From assembly GCA_964057225.1 (NCBI GenBank), contig OZ059900.1, positions 4,526,001 through 4,590,000 on the forward strand: a stretch of 64,000 bases of DNA, in the 5' to 3' direction. The notes under the pieces were generated by a model that was not told the DNA's origin, made no database searches, and was given only the letters and a program-made list of their open reading frames with translations. Positions 24,650 to 39,437 of this stretch are shown piece after piece (position 1 is the stretch's first letter; every line of letters starts with the position of its first letter). A program made the position numbers and the translations under genes. The stretch comes from Auanema rhodensis (Eukaryota; Animalia; Nematoda).

Positions 24650-27600
24650 GATACTTAGGTGGTATAGCTACCTGTTCACAAAAAATTGGAAGTCCTGGTT
24701 ACCATGCATCAAACCCATTAAGATTGTGTTTCTAGACTAATATGACCATGAGAAATTCATTTAAGTTCACAGTATTCTTCTATCTTCAACGGTATCCGAG
24801 TTACAAATCAAGATCACTTTCTTTGGATACTTAGGTGGTATAGCTACCTGTTCACAAAAAATTGGAAGTCTTGGTTACCATGCATCAAATCCTTTAAGAT
24901 AGTGTTTCTAGACTAATATAACCATGGGGACTTCATTAAATTTCACAGTATTCTTCTATCTTCAACGGTATCCGAGTTACAAATCAAGATCACTTTCTTT
25001 GGATACTTAGGTGGTATAGCTACCTGTTCACAAAAAATTGGAAGTCCTGGTTACCATGCATCAAACCCATTAAGATTGTGTTTCTAGACTAATATGACCA
25101 TGATGACTTCATTAAATTTCACAGTATTCTTCTATCTTCAACGGTATCCGAGTTACAAATCAAGATCACTTTCTTTGGATACTTAGGTGGTATAGCTACC
25201 TGTTCACAAAAAATTGGAAGTCTTGGTTACCATGCATCACATCCTTTGAGATAGTGTTTCTAGACTAATATGACCATGGGGACTTCATTAAAATTCACAG
25301 TATTCTTCCATCTTTAACAGTATCCGAGTTACAAATCAAGATCACTTTCTTTGGATACTTAGGTGGTATAGCTACCTGTTCACAAAAAATTGGAAGTCCT
25401 GGTTACCATGCATCAAACCCATTAAGATTGTGTTTCTAGACTAATATGACCATGAGAAATTAATTTAAGTTCACAGTATTCTTCTATCTTTAACGGTATC
25501 CGAGTTACAAATCAAGATCACTTTCTTTGGATACTTAGGTGGTATAGCTACCTGTTCACAAAAAATTGGAAGTCCTATTTACCCATGCATCAAACACAAT
25601 ACGATAGTGTTTCTAGACTAATATGACCATGGGGAGTTCATTAAAATTAACAGTATTCTTTTATCTTTAACGGTATCCGAGTTACAAATCAAGATCACTC
25701 TCTTTGGATACTTAGGTGGTATAGCTACCTGTTCACAAAAAATTGGAAGTCTTGGTTACCATGCATCAAATCCTTTAAGATAGTGTTTCTAGACTAATAT
25801 AACCATGGAGACTTTATTAAATTTCACAGTATTCTTCTATCTTCAACGGTATCCGAGTTACAAATCAAGATCACTTTCTTTGGATACTTAGGTGGTATAG
25901 CTACCTGTTCACAAAAAATTGGAAGTCGTGGTTACCATGCATCAAACACAATAAGATAGTGTTTCTAGACTAATATAACCATGGGGACTTCATTAAAATT
26001 AACAGTATTCTTCTATCTTCAACGGTATCCGAGTTACAGATCAAGATCACTTTCTTTGGATACTTAGGTGGTATAGCTACCTGTTCACAAAAAATTGGAA
26101 GTCCTGGTTACCATGCATCAAACCCATTAAGATTGTGTTTCTAGACTAATATGACCATGAGAAATTAATTTAAGTTCACAGTATTCTTCTATCTTTAACG
26201 GTATCCGAGTTACAAATCAAGATCACTTTCTTTGGATACTTAGGTGGTATAGCTACCTGTTCACAAAAAATTGGAAGTCGTGGTTACCATGCATCAAACA
26301 CAATAAGATAGTGTTTCTAGACTAATATGACCATGGGGAGTTCATTAAAATTAACAGTATTCTTTTATCTTTAACGGTATCCGAGTTACAAATCAAGATC
26401 ACTCTCTTTGGATACTTAGGTGGTATAGCTAGCTGTTCACAAAAAATTGGAAGTCTTGGTTACCATGCATCAAATCCTTTAAGATAGTGTTTCTAGACTA
26501 ATATAACCATGGAGACTTCATTAAATTTCACAGTATTCTTCTATCTTCAACGGTATCCGAGTTACAAATCAAGATCACTTTCTTTGGATACTTAGGTGGT
26601 ATAGCTACCTGTTCACAAAAAATTGGAAGTCGTGGTTACCATGCATCAAACACAATAAGATAGTGTTTCTAGACTAATATAACCATGGGGACTTCATTAA
26701 AATTAACAGTATTCTTCTATCTTCAACGGTATCCGAGTTACAGATCAAGATCACTTTCTTTGGATACTTAGGTGATATAGCTACCTGTTCACAAAAAATT
26801 GGAAGTCCTATTTACCATGCATCAAACACAATACGATAGTGTTTCTAGACTAATATGACCATGGGGACTTCATTAAAATTAACAGTATTCTTTTATCTTT
26901 AACGGTATCCGAGTTACAAATCAAGATCACTTTCTTTGGATACTTAGGTGGTATAGCTACCTGTTCACAAAAAATTGGAAGTCTTGGTTACCATGCATCA
27001 AACCCATTAAGATTGTGTTTCTAGACTAATATGACCATGATGACTTCATTAAATTTCACAGTATTCTTCTATCTTCAACGGTATCCGAGTTACAAATCAA
27101 GATCACTTTCTTTGGATACTTAGGTGGTATAGCTACCTGTTCACAAAAAATTGGAAGTCCTGGTTACCATGCATCAAACCCATTAAGATTGTGTTTCTAG
27201 ACTAATATGACCATGAGAAATTCATTTAAGTTCACAGTATTCTTCTATCTTCAACGGTATCCGAGTTACAAATCAAGATCACTTTCTTTGGATACTTAGG
27301 TGGTATAGCTACCTGTTCACAAAAAATTGGAAGTCCTGGTTACCATGCATCAAACCCATTAAGATTGTGTTTCTAGACTAATATGACCATGATGACTTCA
27401 TTAAATTTCACAGTATTCTTCTATCTTCAACGGTATCCGAGTTACAAATCAAGATCACTTTCTTTGGATACTTAGGTGGTATAGCTACCTGTTCACAAAA
27501 AATTGGAAGTCTTGGTTACCATGCATCAAATCCTTTAAGATAGTGTTTCTAGACTAATATAACCATGGGGACTTCATTAAACTTCACAGTATTCTTCTAT

Positions 27601-30600
27601 CTTCAACGGTATCCGAGTTACAAATCAAGATCACTTTCTTTGGATACTTAGGTGGTATAGCTACCTGTTCACAAAAAATTGGAAGTCCTGGTTACCATGC
27701 ATCAAACCCATTAAGATTGTGTTTCTAGACTAATATGACCATGATGACTTCATTAAATTTCACAGTATTCTTCTATCTTCAACGGTATCCGAGTTACAAA
27801 TCAAGATCACTTTCTTTGGATACTTAGGTGGTATAGCTACCTGTTCACAAAAAATTGGAAGTCCTGGTTACCATGCATCAAACCCATTAAGATTGTGTTT
27901 CTAGACTAATATGACCATGAGAAATTCATTTAAGTTCACAGTATTCTTCTATCTTTAACGGTATCCGAGTTACAAATCAAGATCACTTTCTTTGGATACT
28001 TAGGTGGTATAGCTACCTGTTCACAAAAAATTGGAAGTCCTGGTTACCATGCATCAAACCCATTAAGATTGTGTTTCTAGACTAATATGACCATGAGAAA
28101 TTCATTTAAGTTCACAGTATTCTTCTATCTTTAACGGTATCCGAGTTACAAATCAAGATCACTTTCTTTGGATACTTAGGTGGTATAGCTACCTGTTCAC
28201 AAAAAATTGGAAGTCCTGGTTACCATGCATCAAACCCATTAAGATTGTGTTTCTAGACTAATATGACCATGAGAAATTCATTTAAGTTCACAGTATTCTT
28301 CTATCTTTAACGGTATCCGAGTTACAAATCAAGATCACTTTCTTTGGATACTTAGGTGGTATAGCTACCTGTTCACAAAAAATTGGAAGTCCTGGTTACC
28401 ATGCATCGAACCCATTAAGATTGTGTTTCTAGACTAATATGACCATGGGAAATTCATTTAAGTTCACAGTAGTCTTCTATCTTTAACGGTATCCGAGTTA
28501 CAAATCAAGATCACTTTCTTTGGATACTTAGGTGGTATAGCTACCTGTTCACAAAAAATTGGAAGTCTTGGTTACCATGCATCAAATCCTTTCAGATAGT
28601 GTTTCTAGACTAATATAACCATGGGGACTTCATTAAACTTCACAGTATTCTTTTATCTTTAACGGTATCCGAGTTACAAATCAAGATCACTTTCTTTGGA
28701 TACTTAGGTGGTATAGCTACCTGTTCACAAAAAATTGGAAGTCCTGGTTACCATGCATCAAACCCATTAAGATTGTGTTTCTAGACTAATATGACCATGA
28801 GAAATTCATTTAAGTTCACAGTATTCTTCTATCTTTAACGGTATCCGAGTTACAAATCAAGATCACTTTCTTTGGATACTTAGGTGGTATAGCTACCTGT
28901 TCACAAAAAATTGGAAGTCCTGGTTACCATGCATCAAACCCATTAAGATAGTGTTTCTAGACTAATATAACCATGGGAAATTCATTTAAGTTCACAGTAT
29001 TCTTCCATCTTTAACGGTATCCGAGTTACAAATCAAGATCACTTTCTTTGGATACTTAGGTGGTATAGCTACCTGTTCACAAAAAATTGGAAGTCTTGGT
29101 TACCATGCATCACATCCTTTGAGATAGTGTTTCTAGACTAATATGACCATGGGGACTTCATTAAAATTCACAGTATTCTTCCATCTTTAACAGTATCCGA
29201 GTTACAAATCAAGATCACTTTCTTTGGATACTTAGGTGGTATAGCTACCTGTTCACAAAAAATTGGAAGTCCTGGTTACCATGCATCAAACCCATTAAGA
29301 TTGTGTTTCTAGACTAATATGACCATGAGAAATTAATTTAAGTTCACAGTATTCTTCTATCTTTAACGGTATCCGAGTTACAAATCAAGATCACTTTCTT
29401 TGGATACTTAGGTGGTATAGCTACCTGTTCACAAAAAATTGGAAGTCCTATTTACCCATGCATCAAACACAATACGATAGTGTTTCTAGACTAATATGAC
29501 CATGGGGAGTTCATTAAAATTAACAGTATTCTTTTATCTTTAACGGTATCCGAGTTACAAATCAAGATCACTCTCTTTGGATACTTAGGTGGTATAGCTA
29601 GCTGTTCACAAAAAATTGGAAGTCTTGGTTACCATGCATCAAATCCTTTAAGATAGTGTTTCTAGACTAATATAACCATGGAGACTTCATTAAATTTCAC
29701 AGTATTCTTCTATCTTCAACGGTATCCGAGTTACAAATCAAGATCACTTTCTTTGGATACTTAGGTGGTATAGCTACCTGTTCACAAAAAATTGGAAGTC
29801 GTGGTTACCATGCATCAAACACAATAAGATAGTGTTTCTAGACTAATATAACCATGGGGACTTCATTAAAATTAACAGTATTCTTCTATCTTCAACGGTA
29901 TCCGAGTTACAGATCAAGATCACTTTCTTTGGATACTTAGGTGATATAGCTACCTGTTCACAAAAAATTGGAAGTCCTATTTACCATGCATCAAACACAA
30001 TACGATAGTGTTTCTAGACTAATATGACCATGGGGACTTCATTAAAATTAACAGTATTCTTTTATCTTTAACGGTATCCGAGTTACAAATCAAGATCACT
30101 TTCTTTGGATACTTAGGTGGTATAGCTACCTGTTCACAAAAAATTGGAAGTCTTGGTTACCATGCATCAAACCCATTAAGATTGTGTTTCTAGACTAATA
30201 TGACCATGATGACTTCATTAAATTTCACAGTATTCTTCTATCTTCAACGGTATCCGAGTTACAAATCAAGATCACTTTCTTTGGATACTTAGGTGGTATA
30301 GCTACCTGTTCACAAAAAATTGGAAGTCCTGGTTACCATGCATCAAACCCATTAAGATTGTGTTTCTAGACTAATATGACCATGAGAAATTCATTTAAGT
30401 TCACAGTATTCTTCTATCTTCAACGGTATCCGAGTTACAAATCAAGATCACTTTCTTTGGATACTTAGGTGGTATAGCTACCTGTTCACAAAAAATTGGA
30501 AGTCCTATTTACCATGCATCAAACACAATACGATAGTGTTTCTAGACTAATATGACCATGGGGACTTCATTAAAATTAACAGTATTCTTTTATCTTCAAC

Positions 30601-33600
30601 GGTATCCGAGTTACAAATCAAGATCACTTTCTTTGGATACTTAGGTGGTATAGCTACCTGTTCACAAAAAATTGGAAGTCCTGGTTACCATGCATCAAAC
30701 CCATTAAGATTGTGTTTCTAGACTAATATGACCATGAGAAATTCATTTAAGTTCACAGTATTCTTCTATCTTCAACGGTATCCGAGTTACAAATCAAGAT
30801 CACTTTCTTTGGATACTTAGGTGGTATAGCTACCTGTTCACAAAAAATTGGAAGTCTTGGTTACCATGCATCAAATCCTTTAAGATAGTGTTTCTAGACT
30901 AATATAACCATGGGGACTTCATTAAATTTCACAGTATTCTTCTATCTTCAACGGTATCCGAGTTACAAATCAAGATCACTTTCTTTGGATACTTAGGTGG
31001 TATAGCTACCTGTTCACAAAAAATTGGAAGTCCTGGTTACCATGCATCAAACCCATTAAGATTGTGTTTCTAGACTAATATGACCATGATGACTTCATTA
31101 AATTTCACAGTATTCTTCTATCTTCAACGGTATCCGAGTTACAAATCAAGATCACTTTCTTTGGATACTTAGGTGGTATAGCTACCTGTTCACAAAAAAT
31201 TGGAAGTCTTGGTTACCATGCATCACATCCTTTGAGATAGTGTTTCTAGACTAATATGACCATGGGGACTTCATTAAAATTCACAGTATTCTTCCATCTT
31301 TAACAGTATCCGAGTTACAAATCAAGATCACTTTCTTTGGATACTTAGGTGGTATAGCTACCTGTTCACAAAAAATTGGAAGTCCTGGTTACCATGCATC
31401 AAACCCATTAAGATTGTGTTTCTAGACTAATATGACCATGAGAAATTAATTTAAGTTCACAGTATTCTTCTATCTTTAACGGTATCCGAGTTACAAATCA
31501 AGATCACTTTCTTTGGATACTTAGGTGGTATAGCTACCTGTTCACAAAAAATTGGAAGTCCTATTTACCCATGCATCAAACACAATACGATAGTGTTTCT
31601 AGACTAATATGACCATGGGGAGTTCATTAAAATTAACAGTATTCTTTTATCTTTAACGGTATCCGAGTTACAAATCAAGATCACTCTCTTTGGATACTTA
31701 GGTGGTATAGCTACCTGTTCACAAAAAATTGGAAGTCTTGGTTACCATGCATCAAATCCTTTAAGATAGTGTTTCTAGACTAATATAACCATGGAGACTT
31801 TATTAAATTTCACAGTATTCTTCTATCTTCAACGGTATCCGAGTTACAAATCAAGATCACTTTCTTTGGATACTTAGGTGGTATAGCTACCTGTTCACAA
31901 AAAATTGGAAGTCGTGGTTACCATGCATCAAACACAATAAGATAGTGTTTCTAGACTAATATAACCATGGGGACTTCATTAAAATTAACAGTATTCTTCT
32001 ATCTTCAACGGTATCCGAGTTACAGATCAAGATCACTTTCTTTGGATACTTAGGTGGTATAGCTACCTGTTCACAAAAAATTGGAAGTCCTGGTTACCAT
32101 GCATCAAACCCATTAAGATTGTGTTTCTAGACTAATATGACCATGAGAAATTAATTTAAGTTCACAGTATTCTTCTATCTTTAACGGTATCCGAGTTACA
32201 AATCAAGATCACTTTCTTTGGATACTTAGGTGGTATAGCTACCTGTTCACAAAAAATTGGAAGTCGTGGTTACCATGCATCAAACACAATAAGATAGTGT
32301 TTCTAGACTAATATGACCATGGGGAGTTCATTAAAATTAACAGTATTCTTTTATCTTTAACGGTATCCGAGTTACAAATCAAGATCACTCTCTTTGGATA
32401 CTTAGGTGGTATAGCTAGCTGTTCACAAAAAATTGGAAGTCTTGGTTACCATGCATCAAATCCTTTAAGATAGTGTTTCTAGACTAATATAACCATGGAG
32501 ACTTCATTAAATTTCACAGTATTCTTCTATCTTCAACGGTATCCGAGTTACAAATCAAGATCACTTTCTTTGGATACTTAGGTGGTATAGCTACCTGTTC
32601 ACAAAAAATTGGAAGTCGTGGTTACCATGCATCAAACACAATAAGATAGTGTTTCTAGACTAATATAACCATGGGGACTTCATTAAAATTAACAGTATTC
32701 TTCTATCTTCAACGGTATCCGAGTTACAGATCAAGATCACTTTCTTTGGATACTTAGGTGATATAGCTACCTGTTCACAAAAAATTGGAAGTCCTATTTA
32801 CCATGCATCAAACACAATACGATAGTGTTTCTAGACTAATATGACCATGGGGACTTCATTAAAATTAACAGTATTCTTTTATCTTTAACGGTATCCGAGT
32901 TACAAATCAAGATCACTTTCTTTGGATACTTAGGTGGTATAGCTACCTGTTCACAAAAAATTGGAAGTCTTGGTTACCATGCATCAAACCCATTAAGATT
33001 GTGTTTCTAGACTAATATGACCATGATGACTTCATTAAATTTCACAGTATTCTTCTATCTTCAACGGTATCCGAGTTACAAATCAAGATCACTTTCTTTG
33101 GATACTTAGGTGGTATAGCTACCTGTTCACAAAAAATTGGAAGTCCTGGTTACCATGCATCAAACCCATTAAGATTGTGTTTCTAGACTAATATGACCAT
33201 GAGAAATTCATTTAAGTTCACAGTATTCTTCTATCTTCAACGGTATCCGAGTTACAAATCAAGATCACTTTCTTTGGATACTTAGGTGGTATAGCTACCT
33301 GTTCACAAAAAATTGGAAGTCCTGGTTACCATGCATCAAACCCATTAAGATTGTGTTTCTAGACTAATATAACCATGGGGACTTCATTAAACTTCACAGT
33401 ATTCTTCTATCTTCAACGGTATCCGAGTTACAAATCAAGATCACTTTCTTTGGATACTTAGGTGGTATAGCTACCTGTTCACAAAAAATTGGAAGTCTTG
33501 GTTACCATGCATCAAATCCTTTAAGATAGTGTTTCTAGACTAATATAACCATGGGGACTTCATTAAACTTCACAGTATTCTTCTATCTTCAACGGTATCC

Positions 33601-36445
33601 GAGTTACAAATCAAGATCACTTTCTTTGGATACTTAGGTGGTATAGCTACCTGTTCACAAAAAATTGGAAGTCCTGGTTACCATGCATCAAACCCATTAA
33701 GATTGTGTTTCTAGACTAATATGACCATGATGACTTCATTAAATTTCACAGTATTCTTCTATCTTCAACGGTATCCGAGTTACAAATCAAGATCACTTTC
33801 TTTGGATACTTAGGTGGTATAGCTACCTGTTCACAAAAAATTGGAAGTCCTGGTTACCATGCATCAAACCCATTAAGATTGTGTTTCTAGACTAATATGA
33901 CCATGAGAAATTCATTTAAGTTCACAGTATTCTTCTATCTTTAACGGTATCCGAGTTACAAATCAAGATCACTTTCTTTGGATACTTAGGTGGTATAGCT
34001 ACCTGTTCACAAAAAATTGGAAGTCCTGGTTACCATGCATCAAACCCATTAAGATTGTGTTTCTAGACTAATATGACCATGAGAAATTCATTTAAGTTCA
34101 CAGTATTCTTCTATCTTTAACGGTATCCGAGTTACAAATCAAGATCACTTTCTTTGGATACTTAGGTGGTATAGCTACCTGTTCACAAAAAATTGGAAGT
34201 CCTGGTTACCATGCATCAAACCCATTAAGATTGTGTTTCTAGACTAATATGACCATGAGAAATTCATTTAAGTTCACAGTATTCTTCTATCTTTAACGGT
34301 ATCCGAGTTACAAATCAAGATCACTTTCTTTGGATACTTAGGTGGTATAGCTACCTGTTCACAAAAAATTGGAAGTCCTGGTTACCATGCATCGAACCCA
34401 TTAAGATTGTGTTTCTAGACTAATATGACCATGGGAAATTCATTTAAGTTCACAGTAGTCTTCTATCTTTAACGGTATCCGAGTTACAAATCAAGATCAC
34501 TTTCTTTGGATACTTAGGTGGTATAGCTACCTGTTCACAAAAAATTGGAAGTCTTGGTTACCATGCATCAAATCCTTTCAGATAGTGTTTCTAGACTAAT
34601 ATAACCATGGGGACTTCATTAAACTTCACAGTATTCTTTTATCTTTAACGGTATCCGAGTTACAAATCAAGATCACTTTCTTTGGATACTTAGGTGGTAT
34701 AGCTACCTGTTCACAAAAAATTGGAAGTCCTGGTTACCATGCATCAAACCCATTAAGATTGTGTTTCTAGACTAATATGACCATGAGAAATTCATTTAAG
34801 TTCACAGTATTCTTCTATCTTTAACGGTATCCGAGTTACAAATCAAGATCACTTTCTTTGGATACTTAGGTGGTATAGCTACCTGTTCACAAAAAATTGG
34901 AAGTCCTGGTTACCATGCATCAAACCCATTAAGATAGTGTTTCTAGACTAATATAACCATGGGAAATTCATTTAAGTTCACAGTATTCTTCCATCTTTAA
35001 CGGTATCCGAGTTACAAATCAAGATCACTTTCTTTGGATACTTAGGTGGTATAGCTACCTGTTCACAAAAAATTGGAAGTCTTGGTTACCATGCATCACA
35101 TCCTTTGAGATAGTGTTTCTAGACTAATATGACCATGGGGACTTCATTAAAATTCACAGTATTCTTCCATCTTTAACAGTATCCGAGTTACAAATCAAGA
35201 TCACTTTCTTTGGATACTTAGGTGGTATAGCTACCTGTTCACAAAAAATTGGAAGTCCTGGTTACCATGCATCAAACCCATTAAGATTGTGTTTCTAGAC
35301 TAATATGACCATGAGAAATTAATTTAAGTTCACAGTATTCTTCTATCTTTAACGGTATCCGAGTTACAAATCAAGATCACTTTCTTTGGATACTTAGGTG
35401 GTATAGCTACCTGTTCACAAAAAATTGGAAGTCCTATTTACCCATGCATCAAACACAATACGATAGTGTTTCTAGACTAATATGACCATGGGGAGTTCAT
35501 TAAAATTAACAGTATTCTTTTATCTTTAACGGTATCCGAGTTACAAATCAAGATCACTCTCTTTGGATACTTAGGTGGTATAGCTAGCTGTTCACAAAAA
35601 ATTGGAAGTCTTGGTTACCATGCATCAAATCCTTTAAGATAGTGTTTCTAGACTAATATAACCATGGAGACTTCATTAAATTTCACAGTATTCTTCTATC
35701 TTCAACGGTATCCGAGTTACAAATCAAGATCACTTTCTTTGGATACTTAGGTGGTATAGCTACCTGTTCACAAAAAATTGGAAGTCGTGGTTACCATGCA
35801 TCAAACACAATAAGATAGTGTTTCTAGACTAATATAACCATGGGGACTTCATTAAAATTAACAGTATTCTTCTATCTTCAACGGTATCCGAGTTACAGAT
35901 CAAGATCACTTTCTTTGGATACTTAGGTGATATAGCTACCTGTTCACAAAAAATTGGAAGTCCTATTTACCATGCATCAAACACAATACGATAGTGTTTC
36001 TAGACTAATATGACCATGGGGACTTCATTAAAATTAACAGTATTCTTTTATCTTTAACGGTATCCGAGTTACAAATCAAGATCACTTTCTTTGGATACTT
36101 AGGTGGTATAGCTACCTGTTCACAAAAAATTGGAAGTCTTGGTTACCATGCATCAAACCCATTAAGATTGTGTTTCTAGACTAATATGACCATGATGACT
36201 TCATTAAATTTCACAGTATTCTTCTATCTTCAACGGTATCCGAGTTACAAATCAAGATCACTTTCTTTGGATACTTAGGTGGTATAGCTACCTGTTCACA
36301 AAAAATTGGAAGTCCTGGTTACCATGCATCAAACCCATTAAGATTGTGTTTCTAGACTAATATGACCATGAGAAATTCATTTAAGTTCACAGTATTCTTC
36401 TATCTTCAACGGTATCCGAGTTACAAATCAAGATCACTTTCTTTG
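24650..36445. repeat. 34-monomer (5986-bp) tandem duplication
   Basis: 24650-30459 matches 30636-36445 monomer for monomer. Markers: the I/H chimera at 26235 and 32221, GCTAGC at 26428/32414 and 29597/35583, and TTTCAGA monomers at 28523/34509. One monomer differs (27291 vs 33277). Confidence 0.9.
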
Positions 36446-36797
36446 GATACTTAGGTGGTATAGCTACCTGTTCACAAAAAATTGGAAGTCTTGGTTACCA
36501 TGCATCAAATCCTTTAAGATAGTGTTTCTAGACTAATATAACCATGGGGACTTCATTAAATTTCACAGTATTCTTCTATCTTCAACGGTATCCGAGTTAC
36601 AAATCAAGATCACTTTCTTTGGATACTTAGGTGGTATAGCTACCTGTTCACAAAAAATTGGAAGTCCTGGTTACCATGCATCAAACCCATTAAGATTGTG
36701 TTTCTAGACTAATATGACCATGATGACTTCATTAAATTTCACAGTATTCTTCTATCTTCAACGGTATCCGAGTTACAAATCAAGATCACTTTCTTTG

Positions 36798-39437
36798 GAT
36801 ACTTAGGTGGTATAGCTACCTGTTCACAAAAAATTGGAAGTCCTGGTTACCATGCATCAAACCCATTAAGATTGTGTTTCTAGACTAATATGACCATGAT
36901 GACTTCATTAAATTTCACAGTATTCTTCTATCTTCAACGGTATCCGAGTTACAAATCAAGATCACTTTCTTTGGATACTTAGGTGGTATAGCTACCTGTT
37001 CACAAAAAATTGGAAGTCTTGGTTACCATGCATCAAATCCTTTAAGATAGTGTTTCTAGACTAATATAACCATGGGGACTTCATTAAACTTCACAGTATT
37101 CTTCTATCTTCAACGGTATCCGAGTTACAAATCAAGATCACTTTCTTTGGATACTTAGGTGGTATAGCTACCTGTTCACAAAAAATTGGAAGTCCTGGTT
37201 ACCATGCATCAAACCCATTAAGATTGTGTTTCTAGACTAATATGACCATGATGACTTCATTAAATTTCACAGTATTCTTCTATCTTCAACGGTATCCGAG
37301 TTACAAATCAAGATCACTTTCTTTGGATACTTAGGTGGTATAGCTACCTGTTCACAAAAAATTGGAAGTCCTGGTTACCATGCATCAAACCCATTAAGAT
37401 TGTGTTTCTAGACTAATATGACCATGAGAAATTCATTTAAGTTCACAGTATTCTTCTATCTTTAACGGTATCCGAGTTACAAATCAAGATCACTTTCTTT
37501 GGATACTTAGGTGGTATAGCTACCTGTTCACAAAAAATTGGAAGTCCTGGTTACCATGCATCAAACCCATTAAGATTGTGTTTCTAGACTAATATGACCA
37601 TGAGAAATTCATTTAAGTTCACAGTATTCTTCTATCTTTAACGGTATCCGAGTTACAAATCAAGATCACTTTCTTTGGATACTTAGGTGGTATAGCTACC
37701 TGTTCACAAAAAATTGGAAGTCCTGGTTACCATGCATCAAACCCATTAAGATTGTGTTTCTAGACTAATATGACCATGAGAAATTCATTTAAGTTCACAG
37801 TATTCTTCTATCTTTAACGGTATCCGAGTTACAAATCAAGATCACTTTCTTTGGATACTTAGGTGGTATAGCTACCTGTTCACAAAAAATTGGAAGTCCT
37901 GGTTACCATGCATCGAACCCATTAAGATTGTGTTTCTAGACTAATATGACCATGGGAAATTCATTTAAGTTCACAGTAGTCTTCTATCTTTAACGGTATC
38001 CGAGTTACAAATCAAGATCACTTTCTTTGGATACTTAGGTGGTATAGCTACCTGTTCACAAAAAATTGGAAGTCTTGGTTACCATGCATCAAATCCTTTC
38101 AGATAGTGTTTCTAGACTAATATAACCATGGGGACTTCATTAAACTTCACAGTATTCTTTTATCTTTAACGGTATCCGAGTTACAAATCAAGATCACTTT
38201 CTTTGGATACTTAGGTGGTATAGCTACCTGTTCACAAAAAATTGGAAGTCCTGGTTACCATGCATCAAACCCATTAAGATTGTGTTTCTAGACTAATATG
38301 ACCATGAGAAATTCATTTAAGTTCACAGTATTCTTCTATCTTTAACGGTATCCGAGTTACAAATCAAGATCACTTTCTTTGGATACTTAGGTGGTATAGC
38401 TACCTGTTCACAAAAAATTGGAAGTCCTGGTTACCATGCATCAAACCCATTAAGATAGTGTTTCTAGACTAATATAACCATGGGAAATTCATTTAAGTTC
38501 ACAGTATTCTTCCATCTTTAACGGTATCCGAGTTACAAATCAAGATCACTTTCTTTGGATACTTAGGTGGTATAGCTACCTGTTCACAAAAAATTGGAAG
38601 TCTTGGTTACCATGCATCACATCCTTTGAGATAGTGTTTCTAGACTAATATGACCATGAGAAATTCATTTAAGTTCACAGTATTCTTCTATCTTTAACGG
38701 TATCCGAGTTACAAATCAAGATCACTTTCTTTGGATACTTAGGTGGTATAGCTACCTGTTCACAAAAAATTGGAAGTCCTGGTTACCATGCATCAAACCC
38801 ATTAAGATTGTGTTTCTAGACTAATATGACCATGAGAAATTCATTTAAGTTCACAGTATTCTTCTATCTTTAACGGTATCCGAGTTACAAATCAAGATCA
38901 CTTTCTTTGGATACTTAGGTGGTATAGCTACCTGTTCACAAAAAATTGGAAGTCCTGGTTACCATGCATCGAACCCATTAAGATTGTGTTTCTAGACTAA
39001 TATGACCATGGGAAATTCATTTAAGTTCACAGTAGTCTTCTATCTTTAACGGTATCCGAGTTACAAATCAAGATCACTTTCTTTGGATACTTAGGTGGTA
39101 TAGCTACCTGTTCACAAAAAATTGGAAGTCTTGGTTACCATGCATCAAATCCTTTCAGATAGTGTTTCTAGACTAATATAACCATGGGGACTTCATTAAA
39201 CTTCACAGTAGTCTTCTATCTTTAACGGTATCCAAGTTACAAATCAAGATCACTTTCTTTGGATACTTAGGTGGTATAGCTACCTGTTCACAAAAAATTG
39301 GAAGTCCTGGTTACCATGCATCAAACCCATTAAGATAGTGTTTCTAGACTAATATAACCATGGGAAATTCATTTAAGTTCACAGTATTCTTCCATCTTTA
39401 ACGGTATCCGAGTTACAAATCAAGATCACTTTCTTTG
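36798..39437. repeat. Partial, rearranged third copy of the 34-mer unit (A-Dc-A-B-B-B-C-D(TTTCAGA)-B-E) with an internal re-duplication
   Basis: The order matches 27291-29050. TTTCAGA monomers occur at 38030 and 39086, and an F/B chimera at 38558 marks the junction. Confidence 0.8.
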
